A stretch of 63,559 nt of DNA, the filler included, from Choristocarpus tenellus KU-1152 (lineage: Eukaryota; Protista; Phaeophyceae), in NCBI GenBank assembly GCA_964200185.2. It is 9 parts of 9 records of this genome, joined end to end, with 100 filler letters (N's around TTAATTAATTAA, not from the genome) between each part and the next. Parts side by side here need not be neighbours in the genome. Positions count along the whole stretch, not along the records: positions 32,274 to 55,537 come from CAXNAD020000256.1; 8 more parts are not named here. One strand, given 5' to 3'. A program made the translations under genes and the position numbers. Below are positions 39,974-53,808 of this stretch, one piece after another (the stretch's first letter is position 1; each line of letters starts with the position of its first letter). The notes under the pieces were generated by a model, which worked only from the letters and a program-made list of their open reading frames with translations, ran no database searches and was not told the origin of the DNA.

Positions 39974-42899
39974 CATAATAATAAATATACTCAATACTCT
40001 ATATATGTGCGTATGGTGTTTAGTTTCCCAGTTTGATCTAGACCTTATTGTGATTATATGCTGTTATTAGTACTAAATGTTTTTATGTTGTTCATTTATT
40101 GCTATTTACTACAGGATATATATGTTATATCCTGCTACTATTGCCTATTAAATTCTTGCTGATATTATATTATATAATTAACATATATTTATGGATACTA
40201 TAATTTAATACATATATATATATATTTACATGGTCATAATATTTGAACTGATCTTATGTATATCAGTAGTTCACATATTGTTATGGTTGATATATATTTA
40301 TGGCATTAGATATTTATTATTCTATTAATTTTAGCAAGTATGGTAACAGCATTCTTACGCTATATTGATATGTTATATATCGTTGTTATATATTGTCATT
40401 AGATTATGGTTGGAATACGCACTGGACGAACATGCCTTGAATATGTATTTTTCTGTGAATACATTTCTAATGCCTTGATATTATGACATTTTATGGATAT
40501 CATAGAAATTTGATATATTATTATGGTTAGTGTATGTACTTGAAGTATGGTCCAAATGTTATGCTTGTTTTAATTTATGTTTGTGTGTATGACTATTGTT
40601 TTATTGTACATAGTAGTAGTATACAACACATCAAGGCAATACTCTAGTACATATAGTATTGGCTTTGGACCACAATAATACTACTACAATAGTAACAGTG
40701 ATATTATTTCATACCAGTACTTTATCAAGTATTTTATGATGCAATAAATTCATTCATCATGTTGTGAACCCGAAAGAAATAACTGTTGAAAAGCAACATA
40801 AAATTGGCTTTAAAAAATCTCAACTCGTTTAACCTGTTGGCACAAAGGGCTGAATGACATGTAGCACGTTGAGGTCAGAGAGTGAATGGTGAGAAGTCCT
40901 GGCAGAGGTGTGGAATATTTACTCACAATCTTCTATCTTCTCTTTTTCTGTCACCACGAGCATGATCAACAGAACATGTGACTTGGACTTTTGAATTGCT
41001 CATGTTGTGATCAAGGAATACTAAGAATTTGTGGCTTAGCAGTTGATTGCAACGTGCAAAGATGGATTTATCATGAGTTGGATAATATGGTACAACTCAC
41101 TGACACGCAGAATTCTTGGGGTGTATACATACAAGAGAACATGGAAAACAAGCCCAATAACCAAAACAGACCCATCTCCATCGCATACAACTTCGCATTG
41201 TACTCACAACAAAGAGAAAAAAGAGATAGCGGTTGACATAACAACGATTCTAATGATACGATGATATAATAGCTGCACAAAGAAGGAAGTAAACCCCGCC
41301 TTAACAACCGAATTTTTCGGTTGTGATTTCGATTATGATTTCGATTATTTCTCAATCATTTGAATTGACTCCACATCAAACTAACACACTACAACCCTAA
41401 CTGAATTACATTCTCAGCACGCATAAAATGCAGGGCGTGAATCGAATCGCTATCAGTTGACGAAATCGTGATTTAATCGAAATCGAAAATAGAGGAGTAA
41501 GGTCCGATGTTTAGTGTCGCCCGAATTCGGCACTTACTTTGCATCATTTTGTGATTTAGTGCGCTGTGCCCACGTTTCGAATCAAAATCGAGTTTTGACC
41601 CGTTTCAACCTCTGGTCCTAAATGCTTCCGATTTACTACACCATGAGAAACATCAGATCCATTTATTTTCTAAATGCACTAACATATCCAACTAAATACT
41701 AGTAATACAGACATTTTTATGAGTACTTCAAACGAAATATTGGCAACTGTAAAAGATCATTAATTGGTGTAATTTATTTTTTCCTTTAGCTGTATCATTC
41801 TAGTCATGGTGTTTATATACATTTCCATTGACAATGCAGATATTTTCAAGGAAGAAAATGGAACATACAACAGGGCATATAACATATTGTAAAATGTTGG
41901 TTTTTACTGCTACAACTACTACTACTACTACGTAGTAATTATGTAGTAGGTACATGTTTTTTACCCATTTTTTCATTTTCTTCTAGAAGTACGCTGTATC
42001 TGTACCATGTTGCTCTGTGACGCTATTTTTACGATTGAACAGATCCGAACGAATGACCAAATTACATTTTTGGCACTGGGTGATTGGTGAACAAAAACTG
42101 GACATGTGGTGGGGTAGTTCTATGCTGCGCAAAATATGATATCTACCCTTTTCAATTTTCAGAATTTCGAAAAGTCAGAGGTGCTCCACCATTTGGATTC
42201 CTGACTACACTACAGATGTAGATTCTCAGACCTGACCTGGGACCAGGATTATGATCTTTTGACTCTAACCTAGGAGCCTGATATATTAAGTGTGTTGAGC
42301 AGAAGTGTGATACAGACTCTGGGACCTAAACCTAGTGCTACGTGTTAGATCTGGACCTGGATTGTCTGTTCTTTGACATGGTCTATATAGTAGTATCTAC
42401 TATACATCTTCCAACATCTCAGGCAACCTGGGACCGTTAGGACCTATAGAGAGAGAGATCAGTAGGGGGAGCTAGTGATGACGCCTCAGATCATGACAAT
42501 CCTTGGAGATGTATCACACAAATTCAGTTTTGTGCAGATTTGTAAAACATATACTCCCTCTGTTGAGAATTGAATGTAGCACAGCGTTTGCAAGCTCTGT
42601 TCTCGCCCGGGATCAACCCATGTGAAGAATGTTCTGGATGAGGATTAGGTCTCATGTAGATTGCGAGGTATGCAATGGTTGAGATGGTGAACTGTCATGA
42701 CTGCGGAGCATCACCATTGCAAAGTCGTCCAAGTTGCATTTGACGGGCTTCAAAAACCTCATGAAACTGTCAAAGCTGGCATTTATTGGGATGCGTCGGA
42801 TGAAGGCCCCCCATCGTTTGAGTGTCTTATTCATCCCGTCATCACCTGTTGATCCCATTTCTTCGACCGAGGACTCTCTCCAAGCTCCAGTCTCAAACA

Positions 42900-43920
42900 C
42901 TCTGATGAAGAGTGGTGTGGTGGCACGATGCCTGGACATGACATGGTGTGAGACTCAAATGTATCAGGAGATGGCAGCAGCCATCATGAAGGACTTTGGA
43001 ATTTCCTGAATCACCATGTTCCATCATCTAAGCAGTATGACAGCCAGATCGCACAAGGTGAATGCATGGACCTTGTATAATGACGTCAAAGGGGCGATGT
43101 GGCAGCTGTACACAAGTATCCAGATGTTTGGGATGTCTCATCAGTACACCACACATCCTTCTGCAAATGGGCAGCCAAATCTGGGGTCTCCCTTGCCTCA
43201 TTGTGGGGTCTGCGGAAATACGAGAAGGTGAAGAAGGTCAAGCAGTGGATTAAACCAGTCCTCTCAGACCAGCAGAAAGTCAACCGGGAGGGTTTCGTCA
43301 TCAGCCACACGCACAGGAGGGGGGGAAGTGGGGTATTAGTGGGCAATCCATAGGACTGGATGCATGTGGACGAGAAATGGTTTTACATCCTCAAAGATGA
43401 GAAAGGTGTGTACCTGTACCTTACTTAGGACCCCCCCAATCCCCCACAGGCACAGAAAAACGTTACATTACAAACGTGATGTACCTCGCTGCTGTGACCA
43501 GCCCTAGGAAACTCTCCAACAGAGGGTGTGGTTCGATGGAAAATCGGGATCTGACCAATTGTAGACACTAAGGTTGATCAGCGCTCCAGCAAACGCCACC
43601 CTAAGGGTACCAACGTGTACAATCCAGGCATGCTCGACGGGGAGAGGTATAAGAAGCTCATGATCGAGGATGTCATCCCAGCAATCAAGGCCCGCATGTG
43701 TAGGTCGTAAGGACACACCATCTTCGTGCAGCAGGACGGGGCAAAGCCACACTCTCTAAGGGGGGGGTCATGGAGGCAATCGAGGAGGAGGTGCAGCGGG
43801 GGACGACATTGTCATAGAGACCCAGTCAGTCCACTCACCTGACCTCAACGTCAATGACCTGGGATTTTTTCATTCCATTCAGCAATTGAAGGAAGACTTG
43901 GGTGTGTCCAACACAGAAGG
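42900..43920 (+). pseudogene. Decayed mariner-like (DD39D-type) transposase
   Basis: IKPVLSDQQK...WMHVDEKWFY...ITNVMYLAAV.SPR...WFDGKIGI*PIV...QRSSK.HPKGT...YKKLMIEDVIPAIKARM...IFVQQDGAKPH...SPDLNVNDLGFFHSIQ; all three catalytic Asp motifs are present, with stops and frameshifts. Confidence 0.92.
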
Positions 43921-44037
43921 AGGTGAATATGAACACGTGAAAAAGATCTTGCCTCTTCATTAGGGTTCAAACGTTATGTTACATTTAATTCCGAATGGGG
44001 GAAGTACTCCTAGAATAAATTGTTGATTGTAGCATTT

Positions 44038-44292
44038 GAATCAAAGTATCTTGGAGGGTAGAGCCCCGTCCGTTTGGGGACCAAAATTCACTGTTGAAAT
44101 TTGATGTGATTTTGGCTGTTGTGTTTGTTAGGAAGTGTCAATATTCCTGTTCCAAACAGACCTTTTCATAACTATAAATTTTGTCTACTCCAAATTATTT
44201 CGGAGTAGAAAATGTCATAAAAAACCTGTGGGAAGCCAAGTCCCAAACGGACAAAGAGGGCAAAACTCGTACCCTCTAAGATACTTTCACCC
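44038..44292. mobile_element. MITE, family A (reverse orientation)
   Basis: GAATCAAAGTATCTTGGAGGGTA...TACCCTCTAAGATACTTTCACCC; ATTT on both flanks. Confidence 0.88.
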
Positions 44293-44949
44293 ATTTTGGT
44301 ATGGAGAAATCGCTTCTTCTGGTCTGGAGCACGAGATTCACAAAGCAATAGCGAGACATATCTCTTATTGATGATATCGTATCAAGAAGCAAATGAGTTC
44401 CACCCCTCAAACTCTTCAAAATTCCAGAATATACCCTTAATGATTAATATAGATACTTATCATGTTCGGCGTTTGTGGATGTCCTATGCGATGTAAGAAA
44501 TTTTATCAATATGTTTCTGAAGGGTAGTCAGCATCCTTGGACTCTTACTTGGACATCCATTGAGTCGAGATAATCATGACTTTTGAGGGATCATTAACAG
44601 ACCTGAAAAATGTGCTTATACTGAAGATAATCGATTGGTGGACCCCCCCCGAAACATTGAGTGGGCTGGGGTATGAGGATATATTTTGTTGACTTGGTGT
44701 TGCAGGCAGAGGAGGAAATTGTGGACCTTTCTGTGGACACACGCTGTGGTGTTCTCCAAATCGAACCGATCATCAAAGGTGTCAGAACAAATCAGGACCT
44801 GACTGACATACCGTCAATTCAGAATCAACCGCACTTTTAACCTGCAACTTAGACTCCTGAGGTGAAAGCCATACCTCGGACCCACACAATACAGTTGTGC
44901 CGTCAAACTTGAAACCCCTTAGGGCTCTGTCACTTATCAAACTACCGAG

Positions 44950-45900
44950 TAATACTACTAGTAGTGTTAGGTGGCACTTCGTAATTCAAGTATATATATA
45001 TTGGCAAGTACTGGGACCTCGACCTGGTCCCAGAATCCATCACGCCAGACCCGATACCTGACTGACCTGTCTGTACTTGCCATAGTTGAGACTGTACCTG
45101 TTTTCTTGTCGTGGAGCAGATGTGAACGCTCACTCCAAGAACTGAAGCAGTACCCTGCTCTCGTTGAGGTCGAGAAAGTGCCACAAAAAGCCTTTTGGGT
45201 TTAGAATACCAACGGAAAGGGTAGAAGCGAATCTCAAAAGCCTGATGGCGCATGGTAGTGGGGACAAGGACTCAAGTTGTACTTGCGACACACTTGTTGG
45301 TCGCTGATCATCAGGGTTGCAAGGGTACCATCACATGCCATCTTGCAGTCTGCAATGTGTGCAGGTGGACCTTCCACCCACCACTCATCATATCGCAAGA
45401 GAGACAATGCGTCCAACCAGAAACCACCAGGGCTCTTCGATGATGATGCAAGTAAGTGCACATTCTGGAACAGCTGCTGGAGAGAAGCGACAAGACCTGG
45501 TGATCACCGCGGTCACTCCAGCCTTCGAAGCCAGGACATCTCCTAAAAACCATCTTCATGCAACAGGACGGCCTCAAAGCAGATTAGCAGGAGAGGGGTA
45601 TTTGAGGCAATTGAGAATACGGCAGGGGGCGGCATTGATATCAAAACCAACCCAGCTTAGTGCGCTTATTTCTCGACAAGGACGACAAAACTTGAGCAAC
45701 TTCATGTAAGGCGTTGCGACCACTATCGCGAGCTACCAATGCTGAAAAGCTGATCGGGGCCACACTGGAGGTGTTAGTACGTCTACGCCGGGAAATCTGA
45801 GCACTGCTACAACAGCAGAGGTTGCTTCCAGTCCAAGGCGAAATCTGATAGAACGACACCAGGGTCCAAGTTCCTCACGTGGCCATTTAGGAAGGTCGCT
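44950..45900 (-). mobile_element. Decayed retroelement C-terminal region, possibly CRE/R2-like non-LTR
   Basis: HLLASSSKSPGGFWLDALS followed by a Cys/His-rich segment resembles the AR.L.....AGAWL..LP motif preceding the CCHC finger of RLE-type LINEs; broken frames. Confidence 0.35.
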
Positions 45901-46174
45901 AGAGCAGTCTCTGTTTCAAAAAAAGTCACTGCGGATCAAGTATACACTGTGTCTAGTTATGTTTTCAAGGCGTGAAAATGTCGACTCGATATATTGTTAC
46001 GAGATCACAATACTCCCTCAAAGGATTTCCTCGAAAATCAAGAATCACAATAGAAAAAAAAAATGCTGTTACTCTCAGAATATTCAAAAATATCACTTCA
46101 TCAAGTAAATCCAGAACAAAGGGAATTGAGCTCTGCATATATATATATATATGCGATACAGAGCTCTAGGTGTG

Positions 46175-49100
46175 ATGCGAAGTGTAGGGCAAAGGGAAGA
46201 CTATCCCAGTGTCACGTGGTTGACACAGTTCAGAAAGGTCAGAATGTGGTCCACACTGAATTATATGTCCCGAAGATCTCGCATAGTGAACTGAATTTTA
46301 TCTCATCTTACGCCGGATAGTTTGAGAAAATATTGTATTTGCTCAACTGTATGGAGATATCTGACATTGATAGCACCTCTTCCTACTTCTGCCTCCATAA
46401 ATCAAGATTTCTCCACTCGCCTTCTACCTCTTGGACCACCCCACCCTCCCCTGCTTTCCTTTTTCCTACCCTTGCCTCCTGACACTCTATCACCACACTT
46501 TCCTCCCCCTTACTCTGTGCCTTGTCCGTAGTTCCATCCTAGTACACGACTGTTGGAATTGCCACCAATTGAGCTATTGATGCCAGATCTATACCTTATG
46601 ATTCGTAATCTTAAGTACATAATTATTGGGAGCAGTGCTGGATTTGTCTCAGCATTTTTCTTTGTATATGGCACTCCCCTCTTGTAACTGTTTTTGGTGT
46701 GGCAATGTTTTCACTTGCACGACTCTAAACGAAAGTCTCCGTGATGCTCAAGAACCCTTTGCCATTTTGTGCTCTTGTACATCGAAAAAGTGTAAGGGCA
46801 TTGTGCTCGTTTTCTATATACTCCGAGTATCTGCGACCATCTCTAATTGTAGCACGTATATCAATTGTGCACTCACTCCGTTACTCCATGGATAAGGCTA
46901 TGTGTCTCCCTGTATCTTCTGTGCCACTCTAGAACTGGCACTGCTTGGAAGCGAAATTTTACCTACAGTACTACTGTAACGTCATTGAAATCTTCAATTT
47001 GATATGAATTGCTATAGGATCAACACCCATCTCTGTTCCAGCACTGTGTTGCAGGGGACTAAGTTGGCAGGCGCAAACGTCCCAAGCCAGTGCGCGGTGG
47101 TATGTATTATTTCGGAATATGTACGTATAGCATTATGTTTGCATTATTCAAAGATGTAGAAATAGGTATGTGGCACACAAGCATGTTGCTATATGCACAA
47201 GGTTTGAAGTTTGTGAACATTGTACGTAAGCATGTGCCAGTGAAGTAAAGTGGGGTCCACCTCGGACAGGGCCCCCACACGTGATAATTTACTATCAAGC
47301 ACTCGACAACCTGAAGTACTCACTACAAATATGCAGTTCGTGTTGTGGGGTCACTGTGCTTCTTGTCCCTAACCCCAAAATCCCATGTCCCTATTCCACA
47401 CTACTCTTAGTATTGGTACACTACCTGGCCCATCATTAGCGGTTCACTATCTCCACCACGCCTTGCACACTCATCCCAACCGCACCCCAACCGTCACCCC
47501 CTTTCACCAACCCCAAGGCTATTCCTGAGGAAGACCGATCAGCAGTTGTAAATGCCGAGGTCGGTTCTTTGGTGCGTTCAGCCCAGGAGGTAGCACAGGG
47601 GGTTTCCTTGACGGAAAATGCTAGGGTAGATGCCCAACGGGCTAAGCTGTGGAGATCGTGGTCAAGACTAGATCGCTGGCTCAAACACAACGGCATGTCA
47701 GACGGCACAACAATGCTGAAGGAGATGAGGGACCCTCTTACGTTTTTCGTGCAACACTTTAAATCGAGTGCTGCTGCTGTATCGAGCCTGCAGTCCCAGG
47801 TGACTGGGAGGCAAGGCGTGAAGGCAAAGAATTGGGAAAAAGTGTGCAGTGATAGAATAGGTGGAGTGAAAGGGAAGGAGTGCCACAGATGTTGACCGTT
47901 GTATAGCGGGGAATACTATGCAGGTGTTGCAGTTGGCAACAGGAAGGGTGGAATAACCTTAATCAAGCATTGTTGGCATGCAGAGTTACGCATCTTCTAT
48001 CAGCTTTGGGTGTGTTTCAACCAATCTATTTGTTCCTCAATGAAGTCCAAACGCCAGCAAAACGTCTAGGCCATAGCTGAAAATTCTACGATGTTTTTTC
48101 GTCGAGGGTTGACATGACAGAGCATTGGTGATGTTGTCCAAAGAACTGCGAGACGAAGATTTTGAATTCCCAAATGCTCACCACAAACTGTGTTAAGAAA
48201 TGAAGACAATGTTTGCTGCTAACGTATTAAGAACAGACCCAACCATGCAGTATGTGTTGTTTGCCATACTACCAGAGAGAATGAATGCTTGTTCTTTATT
48301 CTTGGAATTGTCGTAGGAAAGGGTGTTACCATAGTCTTGAAGCTTGGATGTAATATGTGTACTCTACTCTACCTGTAAATATCTCGTTCGCTGTATATAT
48401 TCAAATCTGTTACCTATATTCTCACCCTTTACCGTATTGGCTTAATCCACTGCAGGCTGAGCAGGTTAGCAAGAGGCACTGCAAGGAGGTGTCACGCTTT
48501 GAGGGCCAGCTGTTGATGATGGAGGAGGACTCGGCATCTTTGGCACTGGACCTCCGAGAAAGGTTGGCATCTACAACAATTGCCAAGCGAAAGGCTGAGG
48601 AGGGCCTGACAGCCAAGGTCCAGCAGGTGATACGTCTCCAGATGGTCGCATAGTAATACTTCCTATTACGGATCTTGGATAAGCTGTCTTCAAATAACAT
48701 CTTTTCCTCTTGATTCCCTCACCTCTGACTTCCCAAAATGGCAAAGAATCCCCACCAAAATTGTTCAGACCGAATATCACTGCTACCCTGGCCATCTCAT
48801 GAAATGATAATACTTAAATACAATCAACCCCCAATTGTTGAGGTACAAGTTGGACCAATCTGTACAATAAGATATGCAGTAGTGCAAGTGTAGTGCATTC
48901 ACACCTCTCTGTCTGGGCAACCAAACCTATCCTACTCAACCTTCTCCCTTGCTGTCCTTAATAATGGAATGAACAACATGCGATTCAGGTCGAAGATCAC
49001 CTACGTAGGCTCTATTCCCAACAGCTGGACGAGGCCAGGTCAACCAACTCTGATTTGAAGGCAAAGCTGTCGGCAGTGGAGACGGAGTTGGCTGCAGCCA

Positions 49101-52100
49101 AGGTCCCAGCTGTAATGTCCTCCAGTGTTGACCTCAGGTGGGTTCATTACCAGAGAAGGCGTTGATGATATTCATGGAAACGAAAACGCTAAATCGCATG
49201 ATGATGTGTGGTCGTTAGGGTCTCTTCCCACTCAATGCCCTTGGGTAGCCTCTCCATCTCCCTCCTTTCTTGCTCGAATCCCTCCCCTTCCCAATCGATA
49301 TCTTATCAATCGTCTCTCACTACACTAAGCATTTCTTGATACGAATGTTATATTGCTCGTGCAGTGTGTGTGTTTCACAGTTTGTAGTCTCTTGCCCATG
49401 CAAGCGGCCTTCAGCTTGAGTTTGGTCACACACTTCTAGGAATGGGTGTGCATTAGAGTTGAGCATCGACTTCTATCTAGGAAACCGTGAAGAATGGTCT
49501 CAGCTCACTCGTTCAATATACCGCGTGGCCGACCCACAACAGCACCCCTTCTCAATCATCACCATGGCAATATATGTTGGGACATGATGTGCAAGACGCG
49601 AATAAAAATACAAGCACCAACTGAACAGTCTGCAATCCAATTTCAGCCAATAGGAGTTTCAAATAGTGGCCACGTTTTGGGTGGGCCAGCTAAGGATGTG
49701 GAAATCTCCTGCTTTCTGAGGACTAAGAAACCGGCAGTTGGTGGAACAGTGTACTGTGATAGACTTGATGCGACAGGTGCAAGGATTCTGCATAAAGTCA
49801 TTGGCTGCTTTCTCAGTTGTGCTGTACAGAAATCGAAACCATAACTGTATTTCAATGCTGATCCCAATTAGATGAAAACAGTTGGCCACTGGCGCAAATG
49901 GGCTAGTTGCGTACTTTCTCTCTCTAGACTCACACCATGTTCAACAGCATTTCTCTGATGGTACAGCTGAAATCATCACACCTCCTCTGCACCAAGTGTG
50001 CTCTTAAGAAGCGATTTGTGCTGCATCACGGTTGGAAAGCGTTATCTTGTGGTCGTTGCCAAATGTAGTCCCGTTCTTGGAATACATATTCTAACGCTCA
50101 GGATGTTGGTCAGGGCAGTGTTCTCATCCTGCCCAATGTGCATATCTGCGTCGGTCTGTGTTACCTTACACCTTCTTCCTGTGTTGCCACAGGACGCGTA
50201 CAATATCACCAACGACTTGTGCCATGTTCTGTTGGAACACTAGCAAACCCCTGTGTCTACCGAGGAGGTACCTCCTTGGTAGACACGGGGGATTACTGGG
50301 TTTTAACATGTTCTCCACTGCATCGATAGGCCTACAATAGCCCTATGAATTCCGCACATTTAACCCTATCCTGGTCACAGTTGTTCTTAAGTATTCCACA
50401 ATTCAAGGGAATCTTGTCACCGCAACTGTTATATCAGATACCGTACAAAGTGAACTGACTCAAAAGGATTTCCCTCCCCATTCCTCCCAATTCCAATACC
50501 CAGTAAGGATGCAGAGAGCTGGTGTGAGGAGGTTACAAATCTTAAAGGACTTATCGAGGCGAAGAACATATTCTACACAAAAAATATTCGAGAAATGCTG
50601 TGCGAGGTGCCGTTTCCTCCCTCTACCACCCTTTGCCATCTCCCTTTAGAAAGTACAGGAATGTGATGCCCGCACCCTACTTATACAAAATCCCCACCCA
50701 ATCCTTTGGCCGTGATGCTACTCATCACCGAACTACTCACCTCCCTGTGCCCACCATATAGTCGGGTGTGATCAGCACGAGAGTTTTGATGTACCAGTTA
50801 GGGGAGGTTCCAGAACGGGTGATCTGCCATCAAAAGAGGGAGGCAGAATGAGGTTGAGATTAGATAAATTTGTACAAGCTACAATACGTACTGGACGGGG
50901 TAGATGTCTTCTTTGTAACAACTTGTGAAGGGGTGCCTACGTTGTTACCATGCAATAGAGTTGGCAGGGTGCTTTACGAACTCTAGTGCAACAATTTCGG
51001 TCCATTGTTGCTAGGTGTGGAGTGTGGAAATTTGGCCATTGTGGGTGTATGCGATCTATCATCCATGGAAATATCAAATGTGCTGTTTTCAGTCTTCTTG
51101 CACAGTGAAACTCGAATAGAATGGACCCAAAAGAACTAAACCTCCGAATCACTTCTTATGCACAGTCACAGCAATAACCCAGGTACGGTGCATACTACAC
51201 AACACACCCTTGATGAAAAACGTAGAACTTCCACGTGTTGTAGTGGATTGCCACGTAGAAAGAGAGTGTTTGGGCAGTGACCAAATGCACTCAGTATAGA
51301 GTTGGGCGTCCCTTTGGCAATAGATGCGGTTCGAAAGAACACCTAGTCGCATGTTGTCCGTCCCCTGTTCACTTTTCCTAGAGAGGGTTTGGATAACACA
51401 GAATAGTTGCACCTTGTATTTCAGAGTGTTCCTATTCAGCTACATGGACAAGCTTGTAATCTGGTCAATATTTGGAACACATGCGCATACTAAACACTCA
51501 CAGGCACACTTAGCACAAGCATATATATGTTCAAAACTTTATTCAAATACACACCGACACACACATTCAAATTCTCACTCCTTCACGTATTTACGCAGCT
51601 TCCAAACTTCAAAAAGTATATTGAGCAAAGAGATGAGGTAGCAACTGTTGTCTTTCTATGAACCGCCTTCTTGCCTGCTTTCCCCTTCTACAGAAAGTAG
51701 ACTTGATAAAGAAAGTAGATGCGAACGGAGCAAAATACTCTGCACTCCTCTCGGAGAACAAGAGTCTTGCTGCCGACAAGAACGAGATGGAGAGAGAACT
51801 TGCAAGAATTCGCCGAGAAATCGTCTTCGACAATAACAGACTTGCGATATCCCAGGGCCAGGTCCTGGAGTTGACGGGAAGGATCAAGGCCCTCGAGGAG
51901 GACCTTGAAAGAGCGAATATTCTATCGGCGCCTGGGTCAACAGACGCTAAGGCCGTGGCAGCAGATTTGACCAATACTGATGACATTGAGAAGAAGTGAG
52001 GAACACCTCCACATTATAATACCCCTGGCGTCCCCACCCCTTCCCTCATCATAGCTCCCTTCATATTCGCCCCCACCTTTCTATGCCACTCTCTGTATCA

Positions 52101-53808
52101 GGAGTGCTGTAGGAATAATGATAGCTTAAACTTGTCCAGGACTTTCTCTGAAGTTTCTTCCTTCTCATATCTGCATTAGTTGCATTTCAAACCCTTCCTG
52201 CTCTTTGTTGCTACCGGATGTCTGAGTTTCACTTCCTCTCCCCCTTGCATCACCTCTCATTAACGACCCCTGTTCATGGTGGCTCGAACTCCTGCACTCA
52301 TGATAAGACTACTTCAAAGTCGAACCTCTATTTTACTGACTTCTAGAATCTATATAGGTTTGTTACGCATGCATATGGTGTGTGACAACATCAACAAATT
52401 GGCAAATACTACTAGATTTGTGTAGAAACAATAAACGTCAACAGTATATAATGCATTGTGAAGACGTACATCCACTGTATCGTTCATGACACTGTATAGT
52501 AGAATTGTGTTTGCTTGACAAATGTGTTGACAGATATTTGTGCATGTGAAACAACAATGATCACATTCGCACAAGGAGGCTGCAAACCTGACAAATAGAA
52601 CAACCATGTCACTCCCCCCCTCAGGAGGACACTCCTGGAGGTGGTGTTGAGTGCGCTCTCCCTCTTCAATGCAGGAGAAGGATATTTTGGCATAGATGAA
52701 GAAGGGGAAAACCAACTGCTCCGTAGTGCATTCCGGTGAGAGGTGGTGGTGGTGGAGGAATGAGTATAGGTATTGACATGTATGAGTTGATGTTAATCAA
52801 CCACGACTTGGCATGAGCTGAATTCAGGATGTAGAGACGACCAAATAGTATTTTATTATCAAAAAGACTTGCCCTTAGGCGATGAGGGTAATGTCAAGGC
52901 AGGCGTTTTGGGAACATTGTTCAAGCGTTATCGTGTTGAAATTGAGTTTTCTACGTTTCATGTTGAGGCTGTAGAATGCATTTTCTTGGCAACGCCCCCC
53001 ACCCCTTGATCTTCTCATTTTTCATATCGACATGACTTCTGTCCGCATTCTGCACATCACCAGGAACCATCCATACTAACCCTCTCCTTGCCCCAGTGCA
53101 CCCACGAACCACCTCTGGCCCCCACCAACCTCTACCTTCTTGGACAGTCCTCAACCTTCCTTGCCTGTAGCTGATGCGCCAAATGCACATTCCTGGCTCT
53201 GATAAAATGTCCTTGTCTCCAGTGGCGCATGCCAAGGTTCTAGGGCTGTCCTATCCCCGAAAGCACTCGCCATGGTGGGTGTGAGAGGATCTGGGGGGGT
53301 GGAACTTAGCGGAGGTGGGGGTGTGGATCAAAGTGGAAGCAGAGCGGTAAGCTCTGAAAATGTCTGCATCAACAGAGAATCTACTCTAACGAAGACAGGT
53401 ATGCTGCCACCCAGGTGCCCAATAGGTATTGCTGCGAGTTGTAGCAACTGAATTAATATGATACACAATATTATTCAGCCAAAGATAAACAACAACACTG
53501 AGATTCTACGAGTTATGTCTTGCTGGCTCTTTTCTCAAGGATGCGTGCACTGTGCGGTGTACTCAGAGCACCTTGTGGCACTTGTTGCTTCATGTCCCTT
53601 GCTTTGATTCTAATCAAGTACGTGGAAAGCCTTTGAGCCAATATGATTTAAGTTCACCAATTATTTTTTATTCACAACGCTATCAATAGGTCTCATCGAC
53701 GGCAGGGGACAGAAGCCTGGTGTTTCGGAAGGTGCCATGCACAAGGGTAGAGCTATGTGCTTCTGTTCTACGAAATTTTCAGAGTATACCCAGTATACCC
53801 ACGACCTT
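46175..53808 (+). CDS. Multi-exon coiled-coil protein of unknown function (exons ~46175-46237, 46532-46614, 47018-47099, 47518-47799, 48456-48626, 48989-49137, 50504-50606, 51694-51995, 53223-53398, 53690-53808); ends uncertain
   Basis: Ten exons chain with GT-AG and matching phases (0,2,0,0,0,2,0,2,1) without stops; heptad-rich stretches such as LDEARSTNSDLKAKLSAVETELAAAK and LAADKNEMERELARIRRE...LTGRIKALEEDLERAN. Confidence 0.75.
50248..50291. repeat. 44-bp near-perfect palindrome in an intron
   Basis: CCCCTGTGTCTACCGAGGAGGT|ACCTCCTTGGTAGACACGGGGG, centred on GGTACC, 2 mismatches. Confidence 0.9.

Noticed and set aside
39980-40760. Very AT-rich stretch as an organellar insertion
   Set aside because: No recognisable plastid or mitochondrial gene, tRNA or rRNA; looks like low-complexity intergenic DNA.
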